Shown here piece after piece: positions 20,999 to 30,737 of a DNA stretch of 64,000 nt. Position 1 is the stretch's first letter. The number at the start of each line of letters is the position of its first letter. Below the pieces are notes generated by a model that saw only the letters and a list, made by a program, of their open reading frames with translations, made no database searches and was not told where the DNA came from. Source of the stretch: Vicinamibacterales bacterium (GTDB lineage Bacteria; Acidobacteriota; Vicinamibacteria; Vicinamibacterales; JAMQPK01); contig CAWGSZ010000009.1 of assembly GCA_963825295.1 (NCBI GenBank), positions 24,188 through 88,187 of the forward strand, written 5' to 3'. Both the position numbers and the translations under genes were made by a program.

Positions 20999-22075
20999 AT
21001 GTCCAACGACATGTCGCGCCGTAAATTCTTCGGATTAGCTGCGGCGGCTGCGCCTCTTGCCGCTCGGCCCTCGAGTCAGGTGGCGTCCGCGCAGAGCGCG
21101 CCGGTCCCCGACAAGCCCATCGCCCCTCCCGAGGTTGCGACGGCCGGACGGCCACAGGGCACCGACACGTTCGGCCCGAGCGTCGACGGTATTCCGATCA
21201 TCGACGCGCACATTCACCTCTTCGACGGCACACGGCCGCAGGGCGCGGGCTACATGGGCTCGGCGGCGTATCGCGAGAAGTCCAGAACGTCGCTGCCGAA
21301 TCTCTACGCCCCGCTGGCACGTCCTTCGGGCATCGTCGGCGCCATCATCGTCGAATCCAGCGGGTGGGTGGAAGACAACCTCTGGTACCTGATGGTCTCG
21401 CAGGCCGATCCGATCATGGTCGGTGTCTCCGGCCGGCTCGATCCCTACAAGCCCGAGTTCGGCGAGTACGTCGAGCGGTATCACCGCAATCCGCTCTACC
21501 GCGCCATCCGCGCGAGCCGCTTCTACACCAACACCGATGGGAAGGTGACGCTCGACAAGGCCGCCGTGGACAACCTGAAGTTGCTGGCGCAGGCAGACCT
21601 CGCGCAGGACACGGCGAACCCCTCGATGCCGCTGATGACGGCCAACGTGATGCTCGCCGACGCGATTCCGAACGCGCGGATCATCATGGACCACCTGCCA
21701 TCGTTCGATCCCACGCCCGAGAACCAGGCTGCCTACGAGGCGGTCGTCAAGGAGATGGCGGCGCGTCCCAATATCTTCGTCAAGCTCTCGGAGGTCTACC
21801 ATCCGCGCATCGACACCAAGCAGGTGGTGGACGACTACGCGCGCCTGCGCGACCGGTTGGAATACCTCTTCGGCATGTTCGGCGAGGACCGCGTGATCTT
21901 CGGCACCGACTATCCGAATTCGTACGGCGTCGCCACGATTTCGGAAGAGGTCGGCCTGATGAAGAAGTTTTTCTCGACCAAAACGCGCGCGCAGGCAGAG
22001 AAGTATTTCTGGAGGAACGCCGCGCGCGTCTACAAGTACGTCAAGCGCACGAACGAGCAGCCAAGTCCGCTCTAG
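20999..22075 (+). CDS. Tat-exported amidohydrolase-2-family metal hydrolase
   Basis: MSNDMSRRKFFGLAAAAAPLAA is a Tat motif. IIDAHIHLF is the HxH metal motif, and a late FGTDYP is the conserved Asp. The 20945 start in the track would overlap the terminator. Confidence 0.75.
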   Translation: MSNDMSRRKFFGLAAAAAPLAARPSSQVASAQSAPVPDKPIAPPEVATAGRPQGTDTFGPSVDGIPIIDAHIHLFDGTRPQGAGYMGSAAYREKSRTSLPNLYAPLARPSGIVGAIIVESSGWVEDNLWYLMVSQADPIMVGVSGRLDPYKPEFGEYVERYHRNPLYRAIRASRFYTNTDGKVTLDKAAVDNLKLLAQADLAQDTANPSMPLMTANVMLADAIPNARIIMDHLPSFDPTPENQAAYEAVVKEMAARPNIFVKLSEVYHPRIDTKQVVDDYARLRDRLEYLFGMFGEDRVIFGTDYPNSYGVATISEEVGLMKKFFSTKTRAQAEKYFWRNAARVYKYVKRTNEQPSPL

Positions 22076-22121
22076 ATACCCAAGCAGTTTTCAGTTTTCA
22101 GTAGTCAGCTCTCAGTAACGT

Positions 22122-23724
22122 CTAGCGAGAGACGGACGCACTGAACCGGTGGAACGGCTGCATGTTGTCGAGCCGTTCTTCGGGCTCGTCCATTTTCCAG
22201 CTGAACATCTGCCCGTCGATGCGATCGTCGGTGAAATCGATGATGCAGAAGCCGTTCTTCTCGAGCGGGTTCAGCCCCGCGTCGAGCTCGATCCCGGTCG
22301 GCGTGCGCGGCGGCGTGCCGCGCCACGCGGATGGCCAGGCCTTGGGGCCGGTGCTGATCGGGCCGGTCAGCACGGAAACGATGGGGTTCTTCCGCATGTC
22401 GAGGCTGCCGTAGCGATGGATTCGCCCTTCGCCGAGCGCGTGCAGGTCGCCGCTCAGGAAAAGCGGAATGCCCCGCATGGCCGACGCGGCCTGCAGCAGG
22501 CGGTTGTGCTGCAGGTTCCAGCCGGACTGCCACAGGTACTTCGGTGTCGTCACGCCCAGTTGGCCGTTCTGGAGGAGGTCCGGGTACCATTCGCCCCACT
22601 TGCCGGCGCTCCAGCCGACCGGCGTGGACGGCAGGTTCACGACGTGGCGGGTTTCCTGCGCAGCCATGCGCCTCATCAGCCACGCCTCGACCGTCTCGGG
22701 CACGAATCCCCCCACCGGACCAGTCAGCGTCATGTAGCGCCGGCAGTCGTACATCAGGATTTCCAGCAGCCTGCCGAATCGCAAGGTCCCGAACGATTCC
22801 GACACGCCTGATGCGCGATCGGCGGATCCGCTCGACGGCAGGCCCTCGGGGCGGCCGGCATCTGGCAGGAATTCCGGGTAGTACAACCGCTGTGTCGCGC
22901 GCGCGAGCCGGAGCATGAAGTCGTCGGGCGGAAACGTCACCATCTGCTCGGTGGCTTCGTCGTTCTCGAAGTAGTCGTGATCGTCCTGCACGAAGAACAC
23001 CGGCGTGGAGCGAAAATCCGTGCCGTAGAGATCGCCGATCTGCGGCGTGGCGACGAGCTTGAGCTTGCGCTCGTTGTCGGTGCCGAGGACGGGGATGTCG
23101 CGCGTGAACTGGCCGACGAGCTTCTGCGCTTCCGGCGCGTTGCCGAGCATCAGCGACCCCACCGGCGAGCGCAAATCCCAGTAGACGTGGTCGCCGATCG
23201 CGATCATGGCGTCGGGCTTGTGCGACAGCCCGGTCAGCAGCATCTTTCGCCGATTCGCGATCGAGACCCAGTACGGACGATTGGTATCGGGATTCCAGGT
23301 GGCCGGATGACCGCCGGCGCAGGTGAACACGAACAACCGGAAGCGCTTCGGCTGCGCGTCGGGGCCGGGAAAGGTCGTAATCGGCCACGGATCGCAGAGA
23401 GCACGGCCTCCCGCGTCTTCAAGCACCAGTTGATACGTGCGCTCGGGTTCCAGCGAGGTCAGATCGAACGAGTAGAACTCGCCGCCGGTGTCGAGACGGT
23501 ACCCCTGCCGCTTTCCGCGATCCGGCGCGCAGGATCGGCAGTGCTGAAAGCGGTCGAACGAAGCTGGCCTTCAGCAGCACGCGATTGTGGCTGACGCCCG
23601 GGAGCAGGTGGCGAACCGAACCTGCGTTCCATTTCTGTGTTTGAGCTCGCCCCGTGATCGTGAGGCCAGCTGCACCTGAAATCGTGGCAGCCAGCCACTG
23701 GCGGCGCGAAAGGGGTGTGGACAT
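22122..23724 (-). CDS. PhoD-like (alkaline phosphatase D family) metallophosphatase with Tat signal; one frame disruption at about 23503-23510
   Basis: ORF 23419..23724 gives MSTPLSRRQWLAATISGAAGLTITG (Tat) ..VSHNRVLLKASF..LRAGSRK. After a 1-nt correction next to GGTACC it continues (Q)GYRLDTGGEFYSFDLTSLEPERTYQLVLEDAGG.. into ORF 22122..23426 (GDHVYWD, VQDDHDYFEND, SGDLHA). Confidence 0.8.
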
Positions 23725-23733
23725 GATCAGTAC

Positions 23734-23756
23734 GTAGTGTCCGGCTTTAGCCGGAC
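23734..23756 (+). repeat. REP-like hairpin (GTAG head)
   Basis: GTAGTGTCCGGCTTTAGCCGGAC is an exact inverted copy of 9398..9420. Confidence 0.7.
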
Positions 23757-23803
23757 TCTGTCCGAACGCCGACCATTCTATGCGACTGACCAGCTGCGGG
23801 CAG

Positions 23804-24187
23804 TCATCTGCGCGCCGAAATAATCAACCCCACCAGCGATCCGATGCCGGCGCCGGTGCAGACGAACATCGGAATGTACGCGCCGTGGGGTTCGCCGCCG
23901 CTTGCGCCCGGAATTACCGCCGCTTCGATCGCAAGGCCTGCGCCTGCACCGACGAGCGCGCCGAACAGCACCGGATGCCGGCCCGGCCAGCTTCGCTTTT
24001 TCGCAGGTTGCTGGGGCAGCGCAGGCGGACGTGTTGCCAACCGGTAAGGCGACTCTTCAGCCTTCCAGTCTGCCAATCCACCAATCTGCGAATCTGCGAA
24101 TTCGCGTATCCCAACCCTCGCCTGGGCCAATCCGGCCGCCGGGGTCATGACCACACCAACGATGAGCGCCACGAGAATCCTGTGCAT
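23804..24187 (-). CDS. Small exported/membrane protein with Gly-zipper C-terminus (hypothetical)
   Basis: ATG 24187 lies 5 nt after GGAGG. Signal-like start MHRILVALIVGVVMTPAAGLAQA. The C-terminal part is VLFGALVGAGAGLAIEAAV..CTGAGIGSLVGLII. Confidence 0.55.
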   Translation of the reverse strand: MHRILVALIVGVVMTPAAGLAQARVGIREFADSQIGGLADWKAEESPYRLATRPPALPQQPAKKRSWPGRHPVLFGALVGAGAGLAIEAAVIPGASGGEPHGAYIPMFVCTGAGIGSLVGLIISARR

Positions 24188-24335
24188 GTTGGCCTCCATG
24201 TCATCGAATGCGTGCAATCGTCCTCAGACGGCTCAGCGTTCCTTCAGCGCCGGACTTTCCGGTTGACCGCGACCCCTCGCGGCCGGAAGAATGCCGTCGA
24301 CGGAAGGAGCGCCCGAGAGATGAAGTAATCGCTGG

Positions 24336-25463
24336 ATGCAGTGGACTCTGCTGTCAGTGACCGTGGGCTGCCTGATTGCGGTCGTGGTGAACGGACACAC
24401 CCTCGTCGCGCAGGAGAAGGGCGGTGCGGAGGTCACCGGACCGTACAAGTACGTCGAGAACTGGCCGTTGCCGGTGCATGCCGACGGATGGACGTGGGGC
24501 TCGATACCGGCCGTGTGGGCCGAGTCGGAAGATCGCGTGCTCGTCTTCATGCGTGGGGAAAAGCCCGCCATGAAAGAGGTGCCCGCACGAGGCGACATCA
24601 AAGGGCGGGCGCTCGGCCTCCTGGAAGGTGTCCGCGCGCAGGTGAGCCAGCAGGGCCGGTTCGACGAGCATGCGCTGATGATCTTCGATCGCCGCGGCAA
24701 GCTGATCGATTCCTGGGGCCAGCACAAGAACCTCTTCACCGACGGAGGGGCCCATCGCATTCAGATCAGTCCCTACGATCCCGAGAAACACGTCTGGCTG
24801 GTCGAGCACCTCAGCCACCAGATCATGAAATTCACCAACGACGGATCGAAGCTCGTCATGCGGCTGGGCGAGAAGGGCGTTCCCGGCAACGACAAGACCC
24901 ACTTCAATCAGCCGTCGGACATGCTGTTCATGCCCAACGGCGATTTCTACGTGACCGACGGCTATCGCAATACGCGCGTCGTGAAGTTTTCGAAGGACGG
25001 GAAGTACCTGATGGAGTGGGGCAAGCCCGGATCAGGACCGGGGGAGTTCCAGACCGTCCACGGGATTGCCATCGACGCGAAGCGGCGCATCTATGTTGGC
25101 GATCGCGAGAACGCGCGGATCCAGATCTTCGACGAGAACGGCAAGTACCTCGACGAGTGGCCGAACATTCCGCATCCCTATTTTCTGTACATGGCCAGGG
25201 ATCAGCACCTGTGGGTCGGCGACGGGCTCATACACAAGATCATGAAATTCGATCTCGACGGCCGCCTGCTGTACTCGTGGGGCACGTTCGGCCGGATGCC
25301 GGGGTTCCTGTGGGGACCGCATCAGCTGAACGTGGACAACGCCGGGAATCTCTACGTCGCCAACGCGCAGGGCAACAACGTCGCGAAGTTCCGGCCGAAA
25401 AAGAACGCCGATCCAGCCAGGCTGGTCGGGCCTCCCTTTGTGCTGCCGGCGGAGGGCCGGTAA
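24336..25463 (+). CDS. NHL-repeat six-bladed beta-propeller protein (peptidylglycine-amidating-lyase-like fold), secreted
   Basis: Repeated blades are visible: FNQPSDMLFMPNGDFYVTDGYRNTRVVKFSKDGKYL, GEFQTVHGIAIDAKRRIYVGDRENARIQIFDENGKYL, LWGPHQLNVDNAGNLYVA. Confidence 0.75.
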   Translation: MQWTLLSVTVGCLIAVVVNGHTLVAQEKGGAEVTGPYKYVENWPLPVHADGWTWGSIPAVWAESEDRVLVFMRGEKPAMKEVPARGDIKGRALGLLEGVRAQVSQQGRFDEHALMIFDRRGKLIDSWGQHKNLFTDGGAHRIQISPYDPEKHVWLVEHLSHQIMKFTNDGSKLVMRLGEKGVPGNDKTHFNQPSDMLFMPNGDFYVTDGYRNTRVVKFSKDGKYLMEWGKPGSGPGEFQTVHGIAIDAKRRIYVGDRENARIQIFDENGKYLDEWPNIPHPYFLYMARDQHLWVGDGLIHKIMKFDLDGRLLYSWGTFGRMPGFLWGPHQLNVDNAGNLYVANAQGNNVAKFRPKKNADPARLVGPPFVLPAEGR

Positions 25464-25466
25464 GCC

Positions 25467-25928
25467 ATGCGAATCATTCAAGGACTTCTCACGTCGCTCG
25501 TGCTGGTGATGCTCGGAGCCGTACCCGCCGCCGGGCAAGGACCGATGCCCTCGCAAGCGGCGGTGGACGAGATCGTCAGGGTCTACTGCGAGGCCTGGGG
25601 CGAGCCTGATGTCGCGAAACGGCGTCAACTGCTGCAGCGTGTGTGGACCGACGAGGCGTCGTATACCGATCCCGTGACGGATGTTGCTGGCCGCGAGGCG
25701 CTCGTGAACCGGATCTCGACGCACCTTCAGAAGTTTCCCGGAAGCAGGATCGTCCCCGCGAGCCATGCCGACGTGCATCACGGCATGCTGCGATTCGCAT
25801 GGAAGTTCATCGTCGCCGACGGCAAGGTCCAGACCGAAGGCGTTGATTTTGCCGAGGTGACGGCGGACGGACGGCTCAGGAAAGTCGTGGGCTTCTTCGG
25901 CTCGCTCAAGCCGCTGCCGGCGCAATAG
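25467..25928 (+). CDS. NTF2/SnoaL-like small secreted protein
   Basis: Signal peptide, then a ~125-aa domain containing ..VRVYCEAWGEPD..RRQLLQRVWTDEASYTDP... Assignment rests on size and pattern only. Confidence 0.55.
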   Translation: MRIIQGLLTSLVLVMLGAVPAAGQGPMPSQAAVDEIVRVYCEAWGEPDVAKRRQLLQRVWTDEASYTDPVTDVAGREALVNRISTHLQKFPGSRIVPASHADVHHGMLRFAWKFIVADGKVQTEGVDFAEVTADGRLRKVVGFFGSLKPLPAQ

Positions 25929-25951
25929 CATGGGGTCCCGACCCCTGATTC

Positions 25952-28900
25952 CTACCGCGCGGTTGGGGCGGGACGGAAGCGGCCGATTGTGGCGGCCGAT
26001 ACCCTGCCCAGCCAGGCCTTCGCTCCGTCCCCGATGAACGCACGCTCGAGCGCGTCGAATTTCACGTAGGCCACCGGCACGAGCAGCAGCGTCAGCAGCA
26101 GGCACAGCGACTGTCCGCCGATGATCGTCACGGCGATGGCGGCGCGGCCCGTCCCGCCGATCCCGATGCCGAGCGACGTGGGGATCAGCCCCGCGATGAT
26201 GGCGGTCGTCGTCATCAGAATCGGGCGCAGCCGTGTCCGGCACGATTCGACGATGGCCTCGCGCAGCGGCAGACCGCGGGCCCGCAGCACGTTCGCGTAG
26301 TCCACCTGCAGAATCGAGTTCTTCTTGACGATGCCGAGCAGCAGCAGCATGCCGAGCGCGCTCCACAGGTTCAGCGTGCGCCCGGTCGCCCACAGCGTGA
26401 AGAGCGCGAACGGGACGGCAATCGGCAGCGCCATCATGATGACGATGGGCTGCAGGAAGCTCTCGAACTGCGACGCGAGCACCATGTAGACGAAGATCAT
26501 CGCGAGGCCGATCGCCATGATCAGGTTGGCGGTCGTCTCGTCGAGAATTCTCGACTGGCCCTGCAGTCGATACGACATCGTGCCCGGCAGCTGCAGGCCG
26601 GCGAGCATCCGGCGCACGTCGCTGGCCGCTTCGTCGAGCGCATGCCCCGCGGCCACGTCCGAAATCAACATCACCGTGAACTGCCGGTTCGATCGCGACA
26701 GCGTGGACGGACCGACGCCGCGCCGAAGCGTGGCGATGTTGTCGACCCGCACGGGACCGGTTGCCGACGGAACCGTGAGCCGTCCAATCTCCTCGATGTC
26801 GCGGCGCTGTTCCTCGAGGACGCGCATCTTGACCGGGTATTGTTCGGCCCCCTCCTTGTAGAAGGAGATCTGATCGTCTCCCGAGACCGCCATCCGCAGC
26901 GTGTTGCCGACGGTGGACATCCGCACCCCGAGGTCGGCGGCGCGCTTGCGGTCGACGGCCACGTGCACCTCGGGATTCGACAGGCTGAGGTTGATCTTGG
27001 CGTCGGCCAGGCTGGGGATCTTCTGCGCCGCTGCGAGCGCCCTTGTCGAGTATTCGGCGATTTGCGGGAGATCGGGCCCGAGGATGTTCGCCGAAATCGC
27101 GAAGCCGCCCGTGCCTTCGCCGCTGCCGAGCGCGTTGCGCGCCGTGATGCTCGGGCGGTACGCAGGGAACGCCGCGAGGCGTTTGCGCATCTCGTTGATC
27201 ATCTGGGCTTGCGTGCTCTTGCGCTGGTCGAGCGGCAGCGCCTGACACATCAGGTGAACGTGCGTGGACGCACCAGAACCGCCTGAGACGCCGATGGAGG
27301 GCTGGATGGCCGCAATTCCCTCGATGCCCTGCATGGCCCTGACCAGCTTGAACCCGATTTCCGCCGATCCTTCGAGCGACGTGCCCTCGGGGGCGTCGAG
27401 GTGGACAATCCATTCGCCCATGTCTTCGTTCGGCACGAACTCGCGGCCCACCATGTAGTTCAAGGGCACCGCCATCAGGACGACGACGGCGGAAATCGCG
27501 AAGATGTGGCGCGGATGATCGAGCGACCAGTTCAACATCCCCATGTACCGCTGGTCGAGCCAGTGGAAGAAGCCGGATTCCTTCGACTTGTGATCCGCCT
27601 CGCCGTCCGATGGCTTCAGGAACCGCGAGCTGAGCATCGGCGTCATCGTGAAGCTGACGAGCATCGACACGAGAATGGCGAACGCCATCGTCCAGCCGAA
27701 CGGGTAGATGAATCGCTCGGCGTATCCCTGCATGAAGGCAATCGGCAGGAAGATGACCACGAGCGACAGCGTGGTGGCCATGACCGGCAGGGCCACCTCG
27801 CGCGTGCCCTGGATGGCCGCCTCGAACGGCGAGCACTTCTTCTCTTCGATGTAGCGGAAGATGTTCTCGAGCACGACGATCGCATCGTCGATGACGATGC
27901 CGACGGCGAGCGTGATGGCCAGGAGCGTCATGTTGTTCAGCGTGAACCCCATGATGCGCATCAGCGTGAAGGTGGCGATGATCGAGGCCGGAATCGCGAG
28001 CGCCGAGATGATGACGGCGCGGAGATTCCGGATGAAGAACATGACCACGATGGCGGCGAACAGCGCGCCGAACACCAGGTGCTCTTCGAGCGATGCCACC
28101 GACGCGTAGATGAAGCGCGAGTCGTCGCGGATGATGGTCACGTCGATGCCGGGCGGGAGCGTGCGTTCGATTCGCGCGAGCGCCCCGCGGACCCCCTCGA
28201 CCACGGCGACAGTGTTTTCGCCCATCGCGCGGCGAATGTCGATCATCACGGCCGGATCTTCGCCGAGCCAGACGGCGCTCGTCGGACGCTCGAAGGTGTC
28301 TTCGGCGCGCCCGATGTCGGCGATGCGAATCGGGGTCGCGTCCTTGGTGGCGATGACGATGTTGTTGAAATCCGCGGACGCGTCCACGCGGCCCAGCGTG
28401 CGCAGCAGCAGCTGGCCCTTGCCCTGCTCGATCGTGCCGCCGGGAATCTCGACGTTCTCCGAGATGACCGCCTCGCGCACCTGGTTCATCGACAGCCCGT
28501 ACGAGTTGAGCTTCTCGATGTCGACGACGATGTGAATTTCGCGCGCACGGCCGCCGGTCAGGCTCACCTCGCCGACGCCGTTGATCGTCTGGATGCCGCG
28601 TGCGATCTGCTTGTCGGCCAGCTCGGTCAGCGTGCGCAGGCTCATCGTCTTGGACGAGACGATCAGCGACATGACCGGATCGGCGTCGGGATCGATCTTC
28701 GTGATGACCGGCGGAAGCAGCGTGGGCGGCACGGTCCGGAGGGCGCCGGCCACTTTTTCGCGGACGTCGCTGACCGCTTCGTTCAGATCGCGCTCGAGGA
28801 CGAATCGCACGATGATGCGCGCGCTGCCCTCGGCAATGCGTGCCTGAATTTCGTCGATGCCCGACACGCCGCTGATGGCCTGTTCCATCGGCTCGACGAC

Positions 28901-29083
28901 CGACGTGGACATCTCGTCGGGGCTCGCCCCCGGCAGCGACAACGAAACGCTGACCGTCGCGGGATCGGCCCTGGGGAACAGGTCGACGCCGAGATCGCGG
29001 AACGAGAACGTTCCCAGCACGACGAGCGACATGATCAGCATGGTCGCCGAGACGGGCCGACGGACGCAGAATTCCGACAACAT
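25952..29083 (-). CDS. RND-family efflux transporter permease (AcrB/HAE-type, 1043 aa)
   Basis: FCVRRPVSATMLIMSLVVLG at the N-terminus, 12-TM architecture with two large periplasmic loops, and motifs such as AIGLVVDDAIVVLENI-like (AVGIVIDDAIVVLENI). Confidence 0.92.
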   Translation of the reverse strand: MLSEFCVRRPVSATMLIMSLVVLGTFSFRDLGVDLFPRADPATVSVSLSLPGASPDEMSTSVVEPMEQAISGVSGIDEIQARIAEGSARIIVRFVLERDLNEAVSDVREKVAGALRTVPPTLLPPVITKIDPDADPVMSLIVSSKTMSLRTLTELADKQIARGIQTINGVGEVSLTGGRAREIHIVVDIEKLNSYGLSMNQVREAVISENVEIPGGTIEQGKGQLLLRTLGRVDASADFNNIVIATKDATPIRIADIGRAEDTFERPTSAVWLGEDPAVMIDIRRAMGENTVAVVEGVRGALARIERTLPPGIDVTIIRDDSRFIYASVASLEEHLVFGALFAAIVVMFFIRNLRAVIISALAIPASIIATFTLMRIMGFTLNNMTLLAITLAVGIVIDDAIVVLENIFRYIEEKKCSPFEAAIQGTREVALPVMATTLSLVVIFLPIAFMQGYAERFIYPFGWTMAFAILVSMLVSFTMTPMLSSRFLKPSDGEADHKSKESGFFHWLDQRYMGMLNWSLDHPRHIFAISAVVVLMAVPLNYMVGREFVPNEDMGEWIVHLDAPEGTSLEGSAEIGFKLVRAMQGIEGIAAIQPSIGVSGGSGASTHVHLMCQALPLDQRKSTQAQMINEMRKRLAAFPAYRPSITARNALGSGEGTGGFAISANILGPDLPQIAEYSTRALAAAQKIPSLADAKINLSLSNPEVHVAVDRKRAADLGVRMSTVGNTLRMAVSGDDQISFYKEGAEQYPVKMRVLEEQRRDIEEIGRLTVPSATGPVRVDNIATLRRGVGPSTLSRSNRQFTVMLISDVAAGHALDEAASDVRRMLAGLQLPGTMSYRLQGQSRILDETTANLIMAIGLAMIFVYMVLASQFESFLQPIVIMMALPIAVPFALFTLWATGRTLNLWSALGMLLLLGIVKKNSILQVDYANVLRARGLPLREAIVESCRTRLRPILMTTTAIIAGLIPTSLGIGIGGTGRAAIAVTIIGGQSLCLLLTLLLVPVAYVKFDALERAFIGDGAKAWLGRVSAATIGRFRPAPTAR

Positions 29084-29103
29084 AGGATCTCCCGAAGACT
29101 GCT

Positions 29104-30297
29104 TTAACTCGTCGCGACGACGAACTCGCCGCCGTTCAACGTTTCGACATCCGAGACCACGACCCGCTCGCCGGGTTTGACGCCGCTCATGATTTCAATG
29201 CGGTCGCCCAGCCGCTCGCCGACCTGCAGCTCGCGCATCTCGAGTCGATCGCCGTTCACCACGAAGACGCGATTGACGCCGTATCGATACTGAAGCGCGC
29301 TGTACGGCAGCGTGAGCACTTCGTCCACCTTGCCGCTCTCGACGTGAACGCGCGCGAACGTGCCGGGTTTGAGGGCGCCGTCCGAATTGGGCACGGCGGC
29401 CTCGAACGGGAACGCGCGCGTGCCGGTGTTCACCGCCGGGCTGATGCGCGTCACCTTGCCGACGAAGGCCCGCGTGGGATACGCGTCGACGCGCAGCTCG
29501 ACCGGGCGGCCGTCGTCGATCCAGGGCGCCATGCGCTCGGGAATCTCGGCGATCACCTTCAAGGGATCGAGCCGCACGATGGACATGACGGGCATCTGCG
29601 ACTTGACCAGCTCGCCGAGATTCACGAGCCGCCGTTCGACATATCCCTCGAAGGGCGCGCGAATGTCGGTGTCGCGAAGCCGGCGTTCGGCGAGCTTCAT
29701 CTCGGCCTCGGCGGCCTGGATGTTGGCGGTCAGATTCCGGGCGTTCTGCAGCGCGACTTCATAACCCGCCTGCTTGGTTTTCAGCTCGGCGTGGGCGTCG
29801 TCGAAGGCCTGCTGCGCCACGAGCTCGCGCTTGAGGAGCGTCTGCGCGCGATCGAACGCGCTCTGCGCCTGCGCCAGCTCGGCGCTCGCGCGCCGCACGT
29901 CGGGCGTGTTTTCGGGGTCGGGCAGATGCTGGGGATCTTTGGCCCCGTACTGCGCGAGCGTGCGTGCCAGCGCGGCTTGTTGCTGTTGAAACGCGTACTG
30001 CTGACGTTCGTTGTCGATCTTGACGAGGATTTGCCCCGTCTGCACCCGATCGCCGAGGTCGGCCAGGATGGCGCGCACCGTGCCTTCGGCTTCCGACGAC
30101 ACCGTCACCTGGTCCACGGCAGTCAGGGTGCCAACCACGTCGACCGCTCGACGAACGGAGTCGCGCTTCACCGGCACCACCGACACCTGTTTGGGCTGAC
30201 CATCGGTTGTTCCAGCCCGTGCGGAGTCGGAGCCTGAACAGGCGGCACCGGCCGCCGCGAGGATGACAACGAGAGCGAGTGGACGAGGTCCGGGCAT
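29104..30297 (-). CDS. RND periplasmic adaptor (membrane fusion protein, HlyD family)
   Basis: Lipoprotein-like start ..AAGAACSG, a coiled-coil hairpin region, and beta-barrel motifs (IRAPFEGYV, GTFARVHV). It lies 20 nt upstream of the RND permease gene. Confidence 0.88.
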   Translation of the reverse strand: MPGPRPLALVVILAAAGAACSGSDSARAGTTDGQPKQVSVVPVKRDSVRRAVDVVGTLTAVDQVTVSSEAEGTVRAILADLGDRVQTGQILVKIDNERQQYAFQQQQAALARTLAQYGAKDPQHLPDPENTPDVRRASAELAQAQSAFDRAQTLLKRELVAQQAFDDAHAELKTKQAGYEVALQNARNLTANIQAAEAEMKLAERRLRDTDIRAPFEGYVERRLVNLGELVKSQMPVMSIVRLDPLKVIAEIPERMAPWIDDGRPVELRVDAYPTRAFVGKVTRISPAVNTGTRAFPFEAAVPNSDGALKPGTFARVHVESGKVDEVLTLPYSALQYRYGVNRVFVVNGDRLEMRELQVGERLGDRIEIMSGVKPGERVVVSDVETLNGGEFVVATS

Positions 30298-30515
30298 AGC
30301 TATCTCTATAAGGATGTGAACTTACAAGAAGTATACGAGATCGCCGCCCGTCAGCCGGGCCCGCTTGTCGCAGGTTGTATCGCCGAAGGAGTTCGCTCGG
30401 CGGGGGCGATGTTACATCAGACGAGTCTATTGGTTAGCGGAATTAACCCGGACGGAACCGACGTTTTACGCAACCGACACACCCGTGGGCGATCCTGTGG
30501 GCCGAGGTATTCCAT

Positions 30516-30737
30516 ATGTCCATGTCGTCAGCCGCACCTGTTCTCGATGTCGATCGTCGAAGTGCCAACCGGCTGGAAACTCCCGCGTGTCCGCATTGCG
30601 GGAGCGACCGGTTCGTCGTGGCGGTCATCCGCACGACGAAGTTCGTGTTCTTCCGGTGTCAGTCCTGCCGCGAGCGGGAGCTGCTGCCGAAGGTGATTCC
30701 CGGCGTCGCCTCGAATCCCGGGCTGTTGTTCATCTGA
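30516..30737 (+). CDS. Possible small zinc-ribbon protein (73 aa)
   Basis: CPHC..(17 aa)..CQSC forms a Cys4 pair. Third codon positions are GC-rich by eye. It overlaps the 3' end of the convergent gene by 8 nt. No clear RBS. Confidence 0.4.
   Translation: MSMSSAAPVLDVDRRSANRLETPACPHCGSDRFVVAVIRTTKFVFFRCQSCRERELLPKVIPGVASNPGLLFI

Noticed and set aside
25032-29107. Long ORFs 25032..27836 (-), 27401..29107 (+) and others overlapping the RND permease gene
   Set aside because: They are off-frame or antisense readings of a clearly conserved AcrB-type gene. Their composition is dominated by Arg, Gly, Ala, Pro, Asp and His with no recognisable motifs. This is the typical high-GC shadow-ORF artefact.
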